NCBI GenBank assembly: GCA_963924565.1
Contig: OZ004607.1
Location: forward strand, 30,132,001-30,196,000
Source: Ascidiella aspersa
Taxonomy: Eukaryota
Direction: 5' to 3'
DNA: 64,000 nucleotides
The position numbers and the translations under genes were made by a program. Each line of letters begins with the position of its first letter. Position 1 is the first letter of the stretch. Below are positions 30,442 through 43,500 of the stretch, piece after piece. A model generated the notes under the pieces. It saw nothing but the letters and a program-made list of their open reading frames with translations. It searched no databases and was not told where the DNA came from.

Positions 30442-33385
30442 TATCGTGTTTATGGCTTTTGTTGTTCGTTGGCGTTTTTATAGAGTGAAGACGCGATACT
30501 CTCCATCGGAAGAAACACTGTTTACGTGTCTAATCAATTTTACTTTTAAAGAGAAATTTAAATATCCAGCGACAGACAGGACGCAAGCGCAGTGAGCCGT
30601 TTCTTTATGAAGAGCAGAGTAGATCGCCACAGACAGACACCAAACCTATAAACTTTATCAATTTTTGGCATTTATTCAAGTTGTTTTTGTAAAACCCTGC
30701 AGTCATATGATATACACACGACCGAACATCAAATAGGTGTCCTTTTTAAATTTTAAACTTAGTATTGTCATTCGGACATTGTGTGGCTTCAATGTAAATG
30801 CGTTATTAACTCGTGATGTGGTGCGTGCGTAATTTTTATCAATGTGTTTGTTGGCCCTTTGAGTTTTAGTTGTTATTCTTGAAAGAATGAAGACTGTTTT
30901 CCGACAGTGTTATAAAAATGAAGTTCAAACTTATTTGAGTAGTGTTGTCAGCAGTGTTCTAAAGAAGCCTAAAACAGGTTTGTTATACCTAAACGTTTCT
31001 TTGTAGAGGATGACACGCACCGAGTTGTGTTACATACTAGTAGTGGGCCATGACGCTGTTTTCAGTGGGCCACAGAGCTTTGCATACAGAGATATCAGAT
31101 GTCAGGTCATTATGAACACATAAGAGTCTGACACATAAATACCTAATGTTATGTTGGTGAAGTTATTTATTTTTACATTGTGTTAGATTTCTCGCCACCC
31201 AACGTGTGGTACGGATGCCGGGAAGGTTCTCCAAACGTAACAATCGCCTTGCTTACGTATTATTCATTGTTACTGTAATTGTTTTGGTTGCGCGCAGTAA
31301 TTTTGCCTGGCTTAGGACAGTGCTCCCTCTGCCCTCAACCGGTGTGCCCGTAGGTGTGTTACTTATGTTTCCGAATACTTTTAATCAGTCGAATTAACGC
31401 GAAAATGAACATCTTATAAAGGTAAGTATTTTGACCTTATGCAATGTTCCAGGTGTAAATTTATCAACTTCAATAATAATTTAAACTTTTTTAAAACCTA
31501 TGTTACCTTCTATCGTCATAAATCGAATACTGACTTAACCAACAGGAACTGCCAGAAGTATAAAAATACAACAATTGTTTTCAAATTTTACACCAACGTA
31601 GAAAGGGAGATTAACCATGCGTTCGAAAACAATATCATTGTAAATATATTATCGGCATTTTGTGATAGTGCAATTAGTCTTGGGAGTTGTTTCGAAAAAT
31701 ATCTGAAGCTACAAAATACAAAGCACCAATGTCCGGTTTAATTTTCCAAATGCTATTAAAAGCCCTCTGTTTTTCGTCAGCTATTGCAAGGGAGTATAAT
31801 TTTTAGGACTTGACTGGCTTCAGAAATTTTTAGAAAGTCTGTAAAACCGCAATTCAGAAGATAAAGCACTGTAATACATAAAATTTTCGGCGCATTTCAT
31901 TATGAACTGCTCCTTTTTCTATTGGCTGCCCATGATATTTGCTGCCCCTCTTTGTATATTGAGCTACTCGCCTGGGCGGTCCCAAGCCACGCCATCAAGT
32001 ATCGGGCGACGTAACACATTTGAAATAATGTACAAGCTTTATTAATTTATTTTGTTGTTGAATCTTGATGTTTTTCATTAAACGTTAATGGGCCAACGCC
32101 ATATTTTTATTAATTTAGTGGGCCATGAGCAAAAAAAGGTTGAAAACCCCTGTACTAGACTATTGCTTCCTAATATACTACACCGCGCTATTACACATAA
32201 AATATTCACGATAGGCGTATTTGCACTGCGATATTGTCTCCTTCGTACAAGTTTATAAAAGTTTATGCATAACTCTGTTTACGACACCACATAAAGTTTT
32301 TTTTTAATTTTTTTAGGTTTTTGATTTGGGTAAAACTTGAAAAGTGACGTCGCCAAATTGTTATAACATCACACCACAAAACAAGCAAACTTGACAAACC
32401 TGCTGTGAGTGGCCTAATGTAGTGCTCAACCTTTTTAGCTTACGGACCGGTAAAATTTCAAAACAAGTTTTGCGGACCGGTGGACCTTCAAAAATCAAAA
32501 TCAACCCAAAATGTAATTACGACAAAAGTATATGCAACTTAAAAGCAATAGAAACGTCAATTTAACAAGCAATTTGCTGCTGTCTTTTTGATATCATACG
32601 TGTTTTTCGTGGTTCATTGAAGTTTTTCACCTACAACTGGTTTTAAAGCGAAAGACTTAAACGAGTTGTAGCCTACTACAACACTTGCACCATTGTGACG
32701 AACAATAAAGTCAAAACCGACAGGAAAGTTGATGCGGACCGACGGTTGAGAACCACTGGAAACCGGCTCTAAATATTTTTTATAACATAATATATTCCTT
32801 ATAAAACAACCCATTTCCCTCTCAATTTTTTGTGTTTGCTATGTAACTCATTTGGTTTAAAACTGGTCGACGAAGCGAACAACGTCATGCAACAAATGTC
32901 TGGTGGAAATACACGCGATCTGAATGAGATTATTAATGATTGATGGGTCTGCATAAGCGCTTGCACTACACTAGTGATAGTGCAATTAAACCCAATACAC
33001 TTTAAAGTTTTGATGTCTGCTGCACAAAGACTGCAGGAAAGACAATTACACGATGGATCACCGAGCTACGACACCGTATCGACAAAAACATGTTGCAATT
33101 ATACCTTTCTCGTGTATATATAAGGCACAAAAGAATTTGTTTTGTTTCAGTCGCAGGTAACATCCTATAGCCTACATGGAGCACGGGAAATGCCAATCAC
33201 TTGTACGCTGTTTAAATTGCATTGGTGGTTTGTTTAGCATATAGTAAGGGAAAGACCTGGTGTTGAGTCTAGATCGGCAACTATATCTAAACCTAAATGG
33301 TTCAAATTAATTATTATCCTTCCAGGTTATATAATTGTCTTAATCCATTTGTCCAATCAACCTCCGCAAGCCAGCAAAGTACAAT

Positions 33386-36300
33386 ATGCTCGAATCAATT
33401 CAGGTCCTTCCTTCAATTTTGGTGGCAATGGTGTGCCTGATGTTGTTCTACTGGTATCGTAGACCAAAGGGAATGCCACCAGGTCCTAGGGGCATTCCAT
33501 TTCTCGGCGTTATACCTTTCCTGGGACGCAATCCGAAGGAAGTCTTTAAAACTTGGTCACAGCAATACGGCCCAGTTTTTACGGCACGCATGGGGCGCGA
33601 TGACTGGGTGATTCTGAATGACTTTGAATCTATAAACCAGGTATGTTATTTCCACTTGTAATTTGCAAAATAAAGTCGGTAAAATGAAAATAACTACTTT
33701 GTTCGACCGGTAGTCAGTAAAACATCTAAAACGTTGGTTGTCAACGGCAGACACTAAAAATATATTTGTAGAACAAAATTTGTCAAACATTGTATTTTTA
33801 GGTCAAAATTTGTCAAATTTCCAAATTTTGGGTCAAAATTTCTCATTTTTTAGGTAAAAAAATAATCGTCCGACTGACAATATTCTGTTGTTATATTTAA
33901 CAGGCTCTGGTCAAAAACGGCCACGCGTTTTCGGGTCGGCCATCCTACAAGATTTTAAAGGTCCTCTCGAAGTCTCTCGGAGTGGCCAACGTAGACTATG
34001 GCAAATTTTGGAAAGAACAGCGCAAATTCGGCCTAGTGACCCATCGTGGGTAAGTAAGGAAAAGGAGAAAGGGGATAACAAACCATCAATAATACCGGTC
34101 GTCGTCACAAGTACACCAAATTAGAAATAAGACCAAAACTGTAGGCTAACGAGTAAGTCGGAATAAGACCTACATCCGAATAAGACCCATATACACACCA
34201 GACAAGATATAATCAATCTCTTCCTTAACTCCGGACCACATCCCCATTTTCACCACAAATTCAACAATATTTCATAGTCACCCAACTTAAGTCCAGGCAA
34301 TTGTCTAAACTTAAACCAAGCCAAGGGTAAATAATCCAGTGTTATTAAAGCGGCGCCTAAACGTTAATCCCAGAACGGCCGTTGCAAAAGGGTATAGCGC
34401 CCAAACCTCCCTTTACCCACTCTGGTTTATTTAGAACTTATTCCGATGGCTTAAGGCAATATTCCGTTGTAGATATTATTGCCACTTCAGTTCTATTTTG
34501 TCGTTATAATCCTTTGCAAAAAATGTTGCTTTATATGTCTTAAAGGGTGCCCTGGCTAATCATATTGGCAAGATTTATATGAAATTTTTTTTGCATTTTT
34601 TTTAAGATTTGGGCTTGGAAAACGTATAATGGAAGACAGGATTATAGAAGAAGCCGGTTACTTAACTGAAGAAATCAGACGTAAAAACGGAAAACCTTTT
34701 TCTATTAAGGTACGAAAGATTTAATTTATGTTTTACATATCGTGCTAAATGATTGTTCGAAACGCGAAGCTCAAGTAATATAAGAGGAAAGTATATTAAT
34801 CATTACTGTATGTGATGAAGCCCTACTGATCGATTATACTGCTGTCGCGCTGTGAAAGCCTAAACTTGTTCAGCTTTGAAAGGAATGTGTGAAATGTGCT
34901 TCTAATTTGCAGACCTTGATGGCACACACTGTATCTAACGTCATTTGCGGCGTTGCGCTCGGAAGACGATTCGACTACGGCGACCAGTGGCTTGTCAGCC
35001 TTTTGGCACTTGTGGATAAATGGTAAATTTAGTCTGTTCAAATGCCTTAAGTCCCAGTCAAGTCATTGTGAAAGCAAGTCAACTTCAAGTCATGCATTGA
35101 CATAAAAGTAAAAGTCGAACTATTAATAAAATTTGGTGGCTTGAACCCCTCCGATTATAAGCAACAATTCAAGTAAACAATAACATAAAATCAATACACA
35201 GCAAACAAGTTGTTTAACATGTAATACCTGAGATAAATTTTAATGAAAAACACATAAGGATTATACATTCAGGATGCTGTGTGCCAGCAATAAAACTCGA
35301 CATTGGAAACATGTATCCCGCATTACATTGTTGACTTTTGTGTTAAGATATTTTTTCATGTCAAACTTGCAAACTCTAACATATGTATAGAAACATATGA
35401 TGTACTTCTTTGTTTCGCAGGTACGGTGGTTCTCGCGAATCAATGGCGTTTTTAGCACTTCAGTTCGCACCCTGGCTGGAACACTTTCCTCCGTTTAGCA
35501 CAGCAATAAAAGACCTAGGCGTCGATGTCAATGCATTCTTGGGTGGGTTCACTTATCTATTCTATTACTATGTTTGTTTTTCGTGGAGCAGTGTCTCAAT
35601 CCAATATATTTTGCCTGTTTTAATCACGTTCTGGTAAAATACACCTAATACAACTATAAATTGAGAAAAGTGCGAATCTTTTTTCGGTCCAATGCGTTAC
35701 GTTACACTATTTTTTGCCGGTAGAAAACTTGTCATATACGTTGCAGTAGGAAGATTATTCTACTTTCAACCCTGGACAACACTTACAGTAGTTATTTTTG
35801 TACACACGATGTACAGATTTCAGAGACGTGCTATGGACATTTTATCTTGCAGTTTTTATAAATGAATATTAAAAATAGTGTCCGTGATGTCTCTTCAACC
35901 ACGGAAAAGCATATAGGTGGTGTGTGGAACCCGACGTGACATTAACTTCGTTATTCAGGTCGCTTTGAAGTTCTGGTCAAGGAGCACGAAGATAGTTTGG
36001 ATGCTGAAAATGTCCGAGACTTTATCGACGCCTTTCTTGTGGAAATGGACAAGGGAACAGATACGTTCACAGTGCGTGGTCAAATGATCGATGGACCGAC
36101 GCGATTTGTATACAAAAACAATTTGTGGCCGGGTTTTGTCGCACACGAAGCTTAATTTTTTAAAGCTGCATAACCCTTTGCAAAACAACTGGCTACGTGA
36201 AGTAGTTAAACACAACATACCACTGTTGTAATACCTTAAGTCATTTACTTGCCTTTGAGTCAATGACGATGACTTGACTTAAGTGCACTTAGGTTTCAGT

Positions 36301-37853
36301 TTTAAATGACTTGATTTAACTTAAGTATTTTAGGCAAAATGACTTGACCAAAGCAGTGGTGTGGGTTAGAACGGCCTTATACGTTTGGAAATTTGGTTTG
36401 CGCATGCGCACGTCGAACTCGGGAATCGGGTAGTTTTACGCAGTCTTACTTAAGTCCCGAGTCCGACAACAGCGTAGTATACCGGCTCCGCCGAGTCTCG
36501 AATCCCGAATCCTGAGTCCGACTTCTACTCAGCCTGCACTTGCCTTGACGTAAGTCTTTTAGATAACTGACTTAACTTGATCTTCGATTTGCACATAAAA
36601 CCATTTCCTTGCTATATGTTGGGTTTTGACTTGAGCAACTGATTACTTTTTAATAAAGAAAAACTCATAGCGCCACAGCGTATTGCGAGATTTCTACAGA
36701 TAATGCGAAATATTTGTCCTTTGTACAGAAACCTCAGCTCCTTCAATACCTAAGCGACCTGTTCCAAGGCGGGACCGAGACGACTTCAAGCACATTGGGC
36801 TGGTCGCTGCTCTGCCTTCTTCACTATCCACAGATGCAAGAGCGAATGTTTAGAGAAATCGTCGATGTCATGGGTACGAAATTCTAACTGAGCCGTTTTT
36901 AAGCCGGCCCTAACCAGCGTTTCGATAAGCATGAATAAAGGTCATGTTTAACACTTAATCAGCACCAATGCCTATTTGACACTCGCTTACGGTAACAAAT
37001 ATTAACAATAGACAAAAAGATAAAGTGTCTCAACCTTTTTTTTCATTTGATAACAGGCATACTTGCAAGGCATATCTGTGCGGCAGTAAAATACTTTACA
37101 CAGACGCCATACATATAGGCCTGTTTTCTCAAACAAGCTTGCACCTTGCTTTTAAAACGACCCTGACTTAGCATTTTAGACCGGCAACAAGGGTTCTTAT
37201 GAATTTTTAAGGCGAAGAGGGCCGTCCGACCTTCTCAATGAAGGAACAGATGCCTTACTGCAGCGCCTTTATTCACGAGATCGGACGATACCGGACTCTC
37301 CTTCCATTGGGCTTTTCGCATTGCACTACTGAAGACGTTAAACTGAATGGCTTTGTTATCAATAAGGGAACAACGGTAAAACAATAAAGTGAATGTTATT
37401 CAGATACTACAATCCAACAAGATACTTAATCAATATTTATAGTGATTGTAACAAAATATGCTCGGGTTAAACTGTAGCTGAGCAATATCTGTGTAAAGCT
37501 CTAATGCGAGATCATATAAAATATATTAAATAACACAGGTGATCTCCAACCTTTGGGCTGTTCACAACGACCCAAACCTGTTCGATGAACCTAACAAGTT
37601 TGACCCGGGCCGACACATCGACGAGAAAGGCAACTTCGTCAAGTCCAAGTACGTGATTCCCTTCTCAGTGGGTCCCCGCTATTGTCTCGGTGAACAGCTG
37701 GCAAAGATGGAGCTCTTTCTCGTTCTAACGTCCATGGTGCAGAGGTTTAAATTCGAGCCTAAGCCCGGCCAAATGCCTGATATAGAAAATGCTTCGAAAG
37801 GAACGATTTTTACGCCACGGGAATTCGATCTGATCGCCACTGAGAGATTGTAA
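33386..37853 (+). CDS. Cytochrome P450, clan 2 / CYP2-like (CYP-C; duplicate of CYP-B), 9 exons, ~490 aa
   Basis: Exons 33386-33640, 33904-34049, 34607-34709, 34913-35022, 35421-35542, 35959-36071, 36729-36873, 37212-37375, 37539-37853; open frame (1473 nt). DLFQGGTETTS, EIGR, PFSVGPRYCLG. Introns and flanks align with CYP-B. Confidence 0.93.
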
Positions 37854-38749
37854 ACATGTATATCTGCGTGTCGTACAGCTTTTTTTTCAGACATCGAATT
37901 TGCGTTTCTTTTAGTTTTATAAGGATAGCTTTTGTTAATTTTTTATAGACTTTACCGCTAAAGCGTACATATTAAACTGTGCACATGAACTCAAGAAATA
38001 ACACGAAAAAGCCCTTTGGTTCGCATTACAGCTATAGAAAAATTCACGTTTATTTTTCTATTTCAGTGTAAGTAAATTAAAATTTCTATTAGCACAATGA
38101 TTAGCTTAGAAGTTACACAAGACAAATGTTCTAACATTATGTGTGTATATATGTTTTATATTGGTATCTAGAATTTTTTCTGTGTCAGGTTGAGAGGTTG
38201 TAAAGTCTTGTTGAATTGCCGTTCCTCTATTTGACCTGCTACTTGTTTTCACTTCCGCACCTTTCACTGTTAATTGTATTTAGCCGCTTAGCGATAAGCC
38301 TGAAACAGGAAACATGGGGAGCACGAATTCGTGACATTGTTCCATTACAGCTGTGTGTATTGCACTGCAGCAATTGCTGACATGGCTTGTCCACTTGTAA
38401 AGCGCGACTTGGCTGCTTGATACCTACAAACACGACGGTGATTGTACGTATTGTCCTTTTATTGGCTCTACGTTCTTGTATGTTTATTTGAATTACCTGA
38501 ACATCGTAAAATTCAAATTAAAGTGATAAAACGAGTCGAAAAGTTTTTGTTGTTGTTTTTCTGACATCCAACTCTTTACGTTGAACTGTCGACATTTGTA
38601 ATTGTGTGTGAGTTTGACATTTACTTGGGCGTACGTCCTCGTATTATATAGACTAAATCGATACTTGAAGCAATTTGAGTTATTACCGCCCTGGAATAAA
38701 ACCTTGTTCTGGCATATTACTTCGTGACATTTAAATAAACATTTTGAAA

Positions 38750-38852
38750 GAACAAATGCTTTACTGCAAGTGCAGCGCACTAGGTTCGAGGCCAAAACGG
38801 GCGAAATGCTTGCCGAAACGAATTTGATCTGATCGCCACGGAAAGAAATTAG
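38750..38852 (+). pseudogene. Collapsed CYP relic, paralogous to 20461-20549
   Basis: Patches read EQMLYC / VQRTRFEAKTGEM / EFDLIATERN-stop; same position downstream of CYP-C as the first relic is downstream of CYP-B. Confidence 0.75.
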
Positions 38853-40597
38853 TGAACGTTTTTGAATTTCGCTTAGAGTACTTTGTACTTTAGGCTTACT
38901 TTGAAAAAGAAAGTAAAGCAATTAAACAGAAGCGATTTAGCCTGCATATCTTCCATTTTAGAGATGAGAGAAGATGACGGAACGTTATAACAGGTGTTCA
39001 TTGTCCTACTTGATGCTCATTGTTTTCGATCGCTAGTTAATTCACAAGAAAAGGTTGCGTTTAATATAAACATTCCAATCTAATTAGGTGATCTTTTTTA
39101 CGTCTGCCGTCAATACATTTCTTTGTGTTTTTTGGGGTCATTTTTCGGGGTGCTGTCAATCGGTTTCGAATTGTCATGCCTAGCATTTGACCAGTTGTTT
39201 GTTTTATCTTACGCGCGTGTTTCTGCTAATTGTAATTAGATGCTAAACGATAAACCAGGAACAGAGCATATGGGAGACGTGCCTAGCGCATAACGGTGAC
39301 GCTTTGGGTTGCCGCTGTGAGCGTTGCACTGCACCAATAACACACATACCTTTAAAACCAACTGCTAAGCCAGCAAGTCTCAACCTACACACAGTGAGTA
39401 CTAATAATAAAGTCTTTTGTTGGTTATATACTTATTGTACAAAGAATTTCTTCCGGGTTCAATACCTGAACACCGTAAAGGCCAAAGAACAGTGGAATTT
39501 GGTGACATCCAACTCTTTTAGTCAATTGCAATATAAAAAACAATAGCCTTAAGCTATACTGCGGACATTTTCATTTTTTCTTATTACACAGACCATATTA
39601 CACAGACGAGTGTGAGCGCTAACATAAAACCTTGTACTTTGGCGTAATTTAGTCGATATTAACATGAATATTTTATGCAGAATTAAAGGTGTCATGTCAA
39701 ACAGTCCGAAGCGAAATGGCAATGCATTGTGCCTGTGCAAAGCCTTGTTAAGCTTTGTACATGTAACTCCCATAGGCCATTACCCAGCGCAACCAGTTTT
39801 AATTAAACTGCAGAACCCATGCAGTAACAATTGCTTCTCTCAGTGAGATATAATATTGCGTACCAAAACAAAATTCCTGTGACCTGTTGGTTTTTAAGTC
39901 TCGTAGGGACCATAGAAAATCGGGGAAACATTATAAATCCAAAGGGTTTTGCAAATGAAATGCCTATGTTGACTTGTAGATAATTGTAAGCAAAAAATAT
40001 ATTTTTCCTTACTGTATAATTCACACGCTTTTCGATGAAACAACCACTTGCCCACGATTTTACATGATACGAAACCCTGCGGTGTCGGGTTTTAAACGAT
40101 CAAACAACGTTTCGCTTCGAAAGACCTTCATTCGATTTTAGTTTACTAAGAAATTTTTTTTCTTATTTTTTTTTTTTTTTTTAGTTAGTATTTTTTTATT
40201 CGGTAACACTTGGTGCACTTGGTGTGCTGCAATACATTTCAAGTTACATATTTAGTAAAAAAGTTTTGATTCGCCGACGACACGCCACTTTTACAATCAT
40301 CTGTCAAAAGTTTATTTGCAATTGACAAAGCTACAAAATAATAAACTAAGCCTGCGGAAATTTAGAAGTGACCCGTAATTTGCATAACAGATCTCTTTAT
40401 CTTAAACACGTGCCCAAGTTGCACACTGGATATCAATTAACGTTCTTTTGCTAGTCGGTGTCAACATTCCGCATAACATTTCTTCACCCGGACATTCGTT
40501 CGAGCGTTGCGTTTGCCTGAGCCCATGTTGTGTTCGAAGGTGCATCTATAGGCAACATTTTTGCGAGGCCTTTCACTTGGTAAATAAGGGTGGAAAA

Positions 40598-43500
40598 CTA
40601 AAGTGCGGTAACGACCCCGTCTCCAGTCCACAGCGTTTCGTCTTCGCCCAGAAGCAGCGGCGCGTAGGGCGGCAAGATAGTTCTTTGCCTTGGGTCCACT
40701 TCTACCGCGAGTGCCGCGCTGGTGCAATCCCTGATCTGGAATGCAGACGATGAACGCCTTAGGGCGTTGGCCAACGAACAGTTCGAGGACTGAAAGGGTC
40801 GCTTATCGGCTGGCCCCAGGCCTGGTAAGGTCTGCTTGCGGTCAGTCGTCTGGGAACGCGATTCGTCAACACTTTGGTTTGCCAGCGGCAATCTGTGTGC
40901 ATGCTTCTGCCGTCTGGCGGCCGTCAAATCAAACGCACTGCTGGTGAAATTTCGGTCCGCATGAACAGCGAACTGGCCAAGTTCAAGGTCGTTCATTTCG
41001 CCACCTCCTCGTGCGGCAATCCAGCTTTCCCGCCGATGGCGACGTTGCGCAACCAGCGTCTGACTGGCAGCGGTGTTTTTCGCCTGCTGTTCCCGCCGAT
41101 TGCAGCTGAGCGGCTGCTTTCGGATAGACGGCAATGAGAAGGTGCTTAGCGGAGATGCCGAACCCGCGGCGCGGCGTTGCTTGTTTAAATGCCTGTTGGT
41201 GTGTGTCTTTGGTGCCGTGGCCAGGTAGTCGTAGTCCGACTCTGGGCCGAGGCCCGCCGACGACATGTTGGAATCGAACGAGGACGAAACGCTGGGCTTC
41301 GCAAACTTTTGCAGGAATTTGAAGTTGGTCGAGATGTGTTCTGATAGGTAAAGACAAAAAGTGGATTTAGGTCGTGAAGTTAAGCGCTACGAAAATTTTG
41401 TTGCTGTAAGGTAGGCTCGAATTACCCGTGTACAGATTTTGACATCTTTTTCTAAACTATGAAAAAAGGGCTTCATGACATTTAAGTCTAACTTAAAACG
41501 TTTTCGTAAAATAAAATACTTAAAAAAAAAATTAAAAAAATAAAAAGCAAATGCTAGGACAATGTACAAAACTAACATCTGTGCTATTGGCTAAACATTT
41601 AGTTTTAGTATTAAAACCGAAATTGAATAAATGTAAAAACGCTTTAATGTTTTATTAGCAAAAAACGACGTGGTCATCGTTCGCACTGGGCTTATAATCT
41701 TGCGCATAACAGTGAGCGGTGTGAAAAAAACTAACAAACTTTTATTCACGTTGAGCCTACACACAAGTCAACAAGTTAAAGGACCAACAAAAAAACTCAC
41801 TCTTCTTGGTTTGCTCGGCGTGCTTTGTCTTCCAGACCGCCGCTTCCGCTTTCTTCTTCACTCTAGCCTTCTGCTGCTGGTTGTATGGCAAATAACCTCC
41901 GCTACTGTTGGGGCCCGGCGAGGATAGGTCCCCGAAACTATAAGAGTCGGTGGCTGGGGGCCTTGGGTCGGGGTCGAGGGGTGAAAAGAGCCCCACCGGC
42001 GAAGGGGGAAGCCCCGCGAATTCGCTATCGAGGAACTCAACTGGGGGAGGAAAGGATACTGAGGACTCTGAAACATTGGCGATCGAGTCTGTGCACTTGG
42101 TGGCGATTTTTTCGGCAATATGTTGCCGCATTTCTATGCGCGGCGCGGAAGACGATCCTCCAGGTTTATTTCCGTCCACACGCCGTCCCTCCCCTTCCCT
42201 GGAGAAAGGACGATCTTCTTCCTCACCTTGCTCTTCCGAGCAGTAAGAAAACGCGGGCTCGCGGACCCGGGCCGCTTCCCTCAGGTTCATCGACGAAGCG
42301 CCGTTGTAGCCGCTGTCAGAAGTGGGAAGACCCGGAGCTGGAAACTGCGGGTCTCTGTAAAGTAAAAAAACATTGCATCCCGTAAACCAGGGGTCGGCAA
42401 CCTTTTTGGCCCTGCGGACCGGTTTGAAACTAAAATTTTTCCGCGGACCGGCCTTAAAAAACAACTTATGTTCAGTAAAGGTAATGTATTAAAACATTTT
42501 TTTCTATGAACCAATTAAAATGCATACGTTTGTTTCAAAAACTTCCCTGCCTGAACATCAAAATAATGAATGATTTTGCAATGCAACTCATAGGGCCACA
42601 GAACACTGGTTTGTTTTTAACCTCACGAGTGCTTAATACTAATAGAGATTTTTTTATCATATCAATAAATGGAGTATGTTTAATCAAAAGTTAATGTGTT
42701 CTGAATAGAAAACTACATTTAATTATTTTTGACTTATTTCTGTTTTTTTTCCGCATTTTACGTACGGTTTGGGTTTAAATAAAAATTTTAATCTGGCAAC
42801 CCTGCTACGGACCGGTAATGAACTCCTCGCGGACCGGCACCGGTCCGTGGACCGGCGGTTGCCGACCACTGCCGTAAACTCAATATTGGATAAAGTTTTT
42901 TTTTCCTTGTAGGAAATTCAACAGTGTGAAAAACGGCTTAAATAATCGGTAATAGACATCCAAGATAACAGTCTTGATGTTATAAATATTAAAATTCTAT
43001 TAAAGCAAGAAAGAGGTAGGTGTGGATGTAAACGCAGGCGATTTTTATGCAATCGTGCAACTGGACTACTTGTATCCTAGTCTATGTTTTTAGGTAATTT
43101 CTTCAAAAAATTACGTCGTTTCGGCGGCTTGGTCGCTCGATTGAATACAACCCCTTCCGCCGTTCGTTGAACTTTTTAATGCTCTCGCCTCCTCAAACTC
43201 CAGTAGTACTTCCCTCATAGCGTTCACGTCGCACAAGGACAGTCTGGGTCGGTGCCAGTAGCTGCTAAAGAAATCGGATAATAGAAGAGAAGAGTTAGAC
43301 TTGAACGTTCGTGAGGACGAATCTCACCACAGGATAATATTACCAACTCTACCTTGCTTGCAACGAATGCTTTGATAGGGTCACTTATTTCAGAAAACAG
43401 TACAGCAATTTTATACAGGTACTATTTTTTTGGTAGGAAATTCAAAGAACTAACAATAAAAATCCTATGAAAACTAAACGTTTAAAAGGATTTGTTGCTT

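Larger units (their letters stand above)
21300..39480. repeat. Second unit of a tandem segmental duplication (first unit ~2770-21250)
   Basis: Collinear matches: 21303-21515~2771-2990; 21690-22075~3828-4500; 22917-23990~11300-11930; 30640-31025~12030-12650; 32300-37853~13080-19031; 37860-39480~19035-21220. Confidence 0.85.

Noticed and set aside
33386-37853. CYP-C as a pseudogene or a haplotype artefact of CYP-B
   Set aside because: Its frame and splice sites are intact; the introns are too diverged and carry different TE insertions.
40448-42514. Many overlapping ORFs on both strands
   Set aside because: They are shadows of two long GC-rich TARP exons; only one minus-strand frame joins the spliced model.
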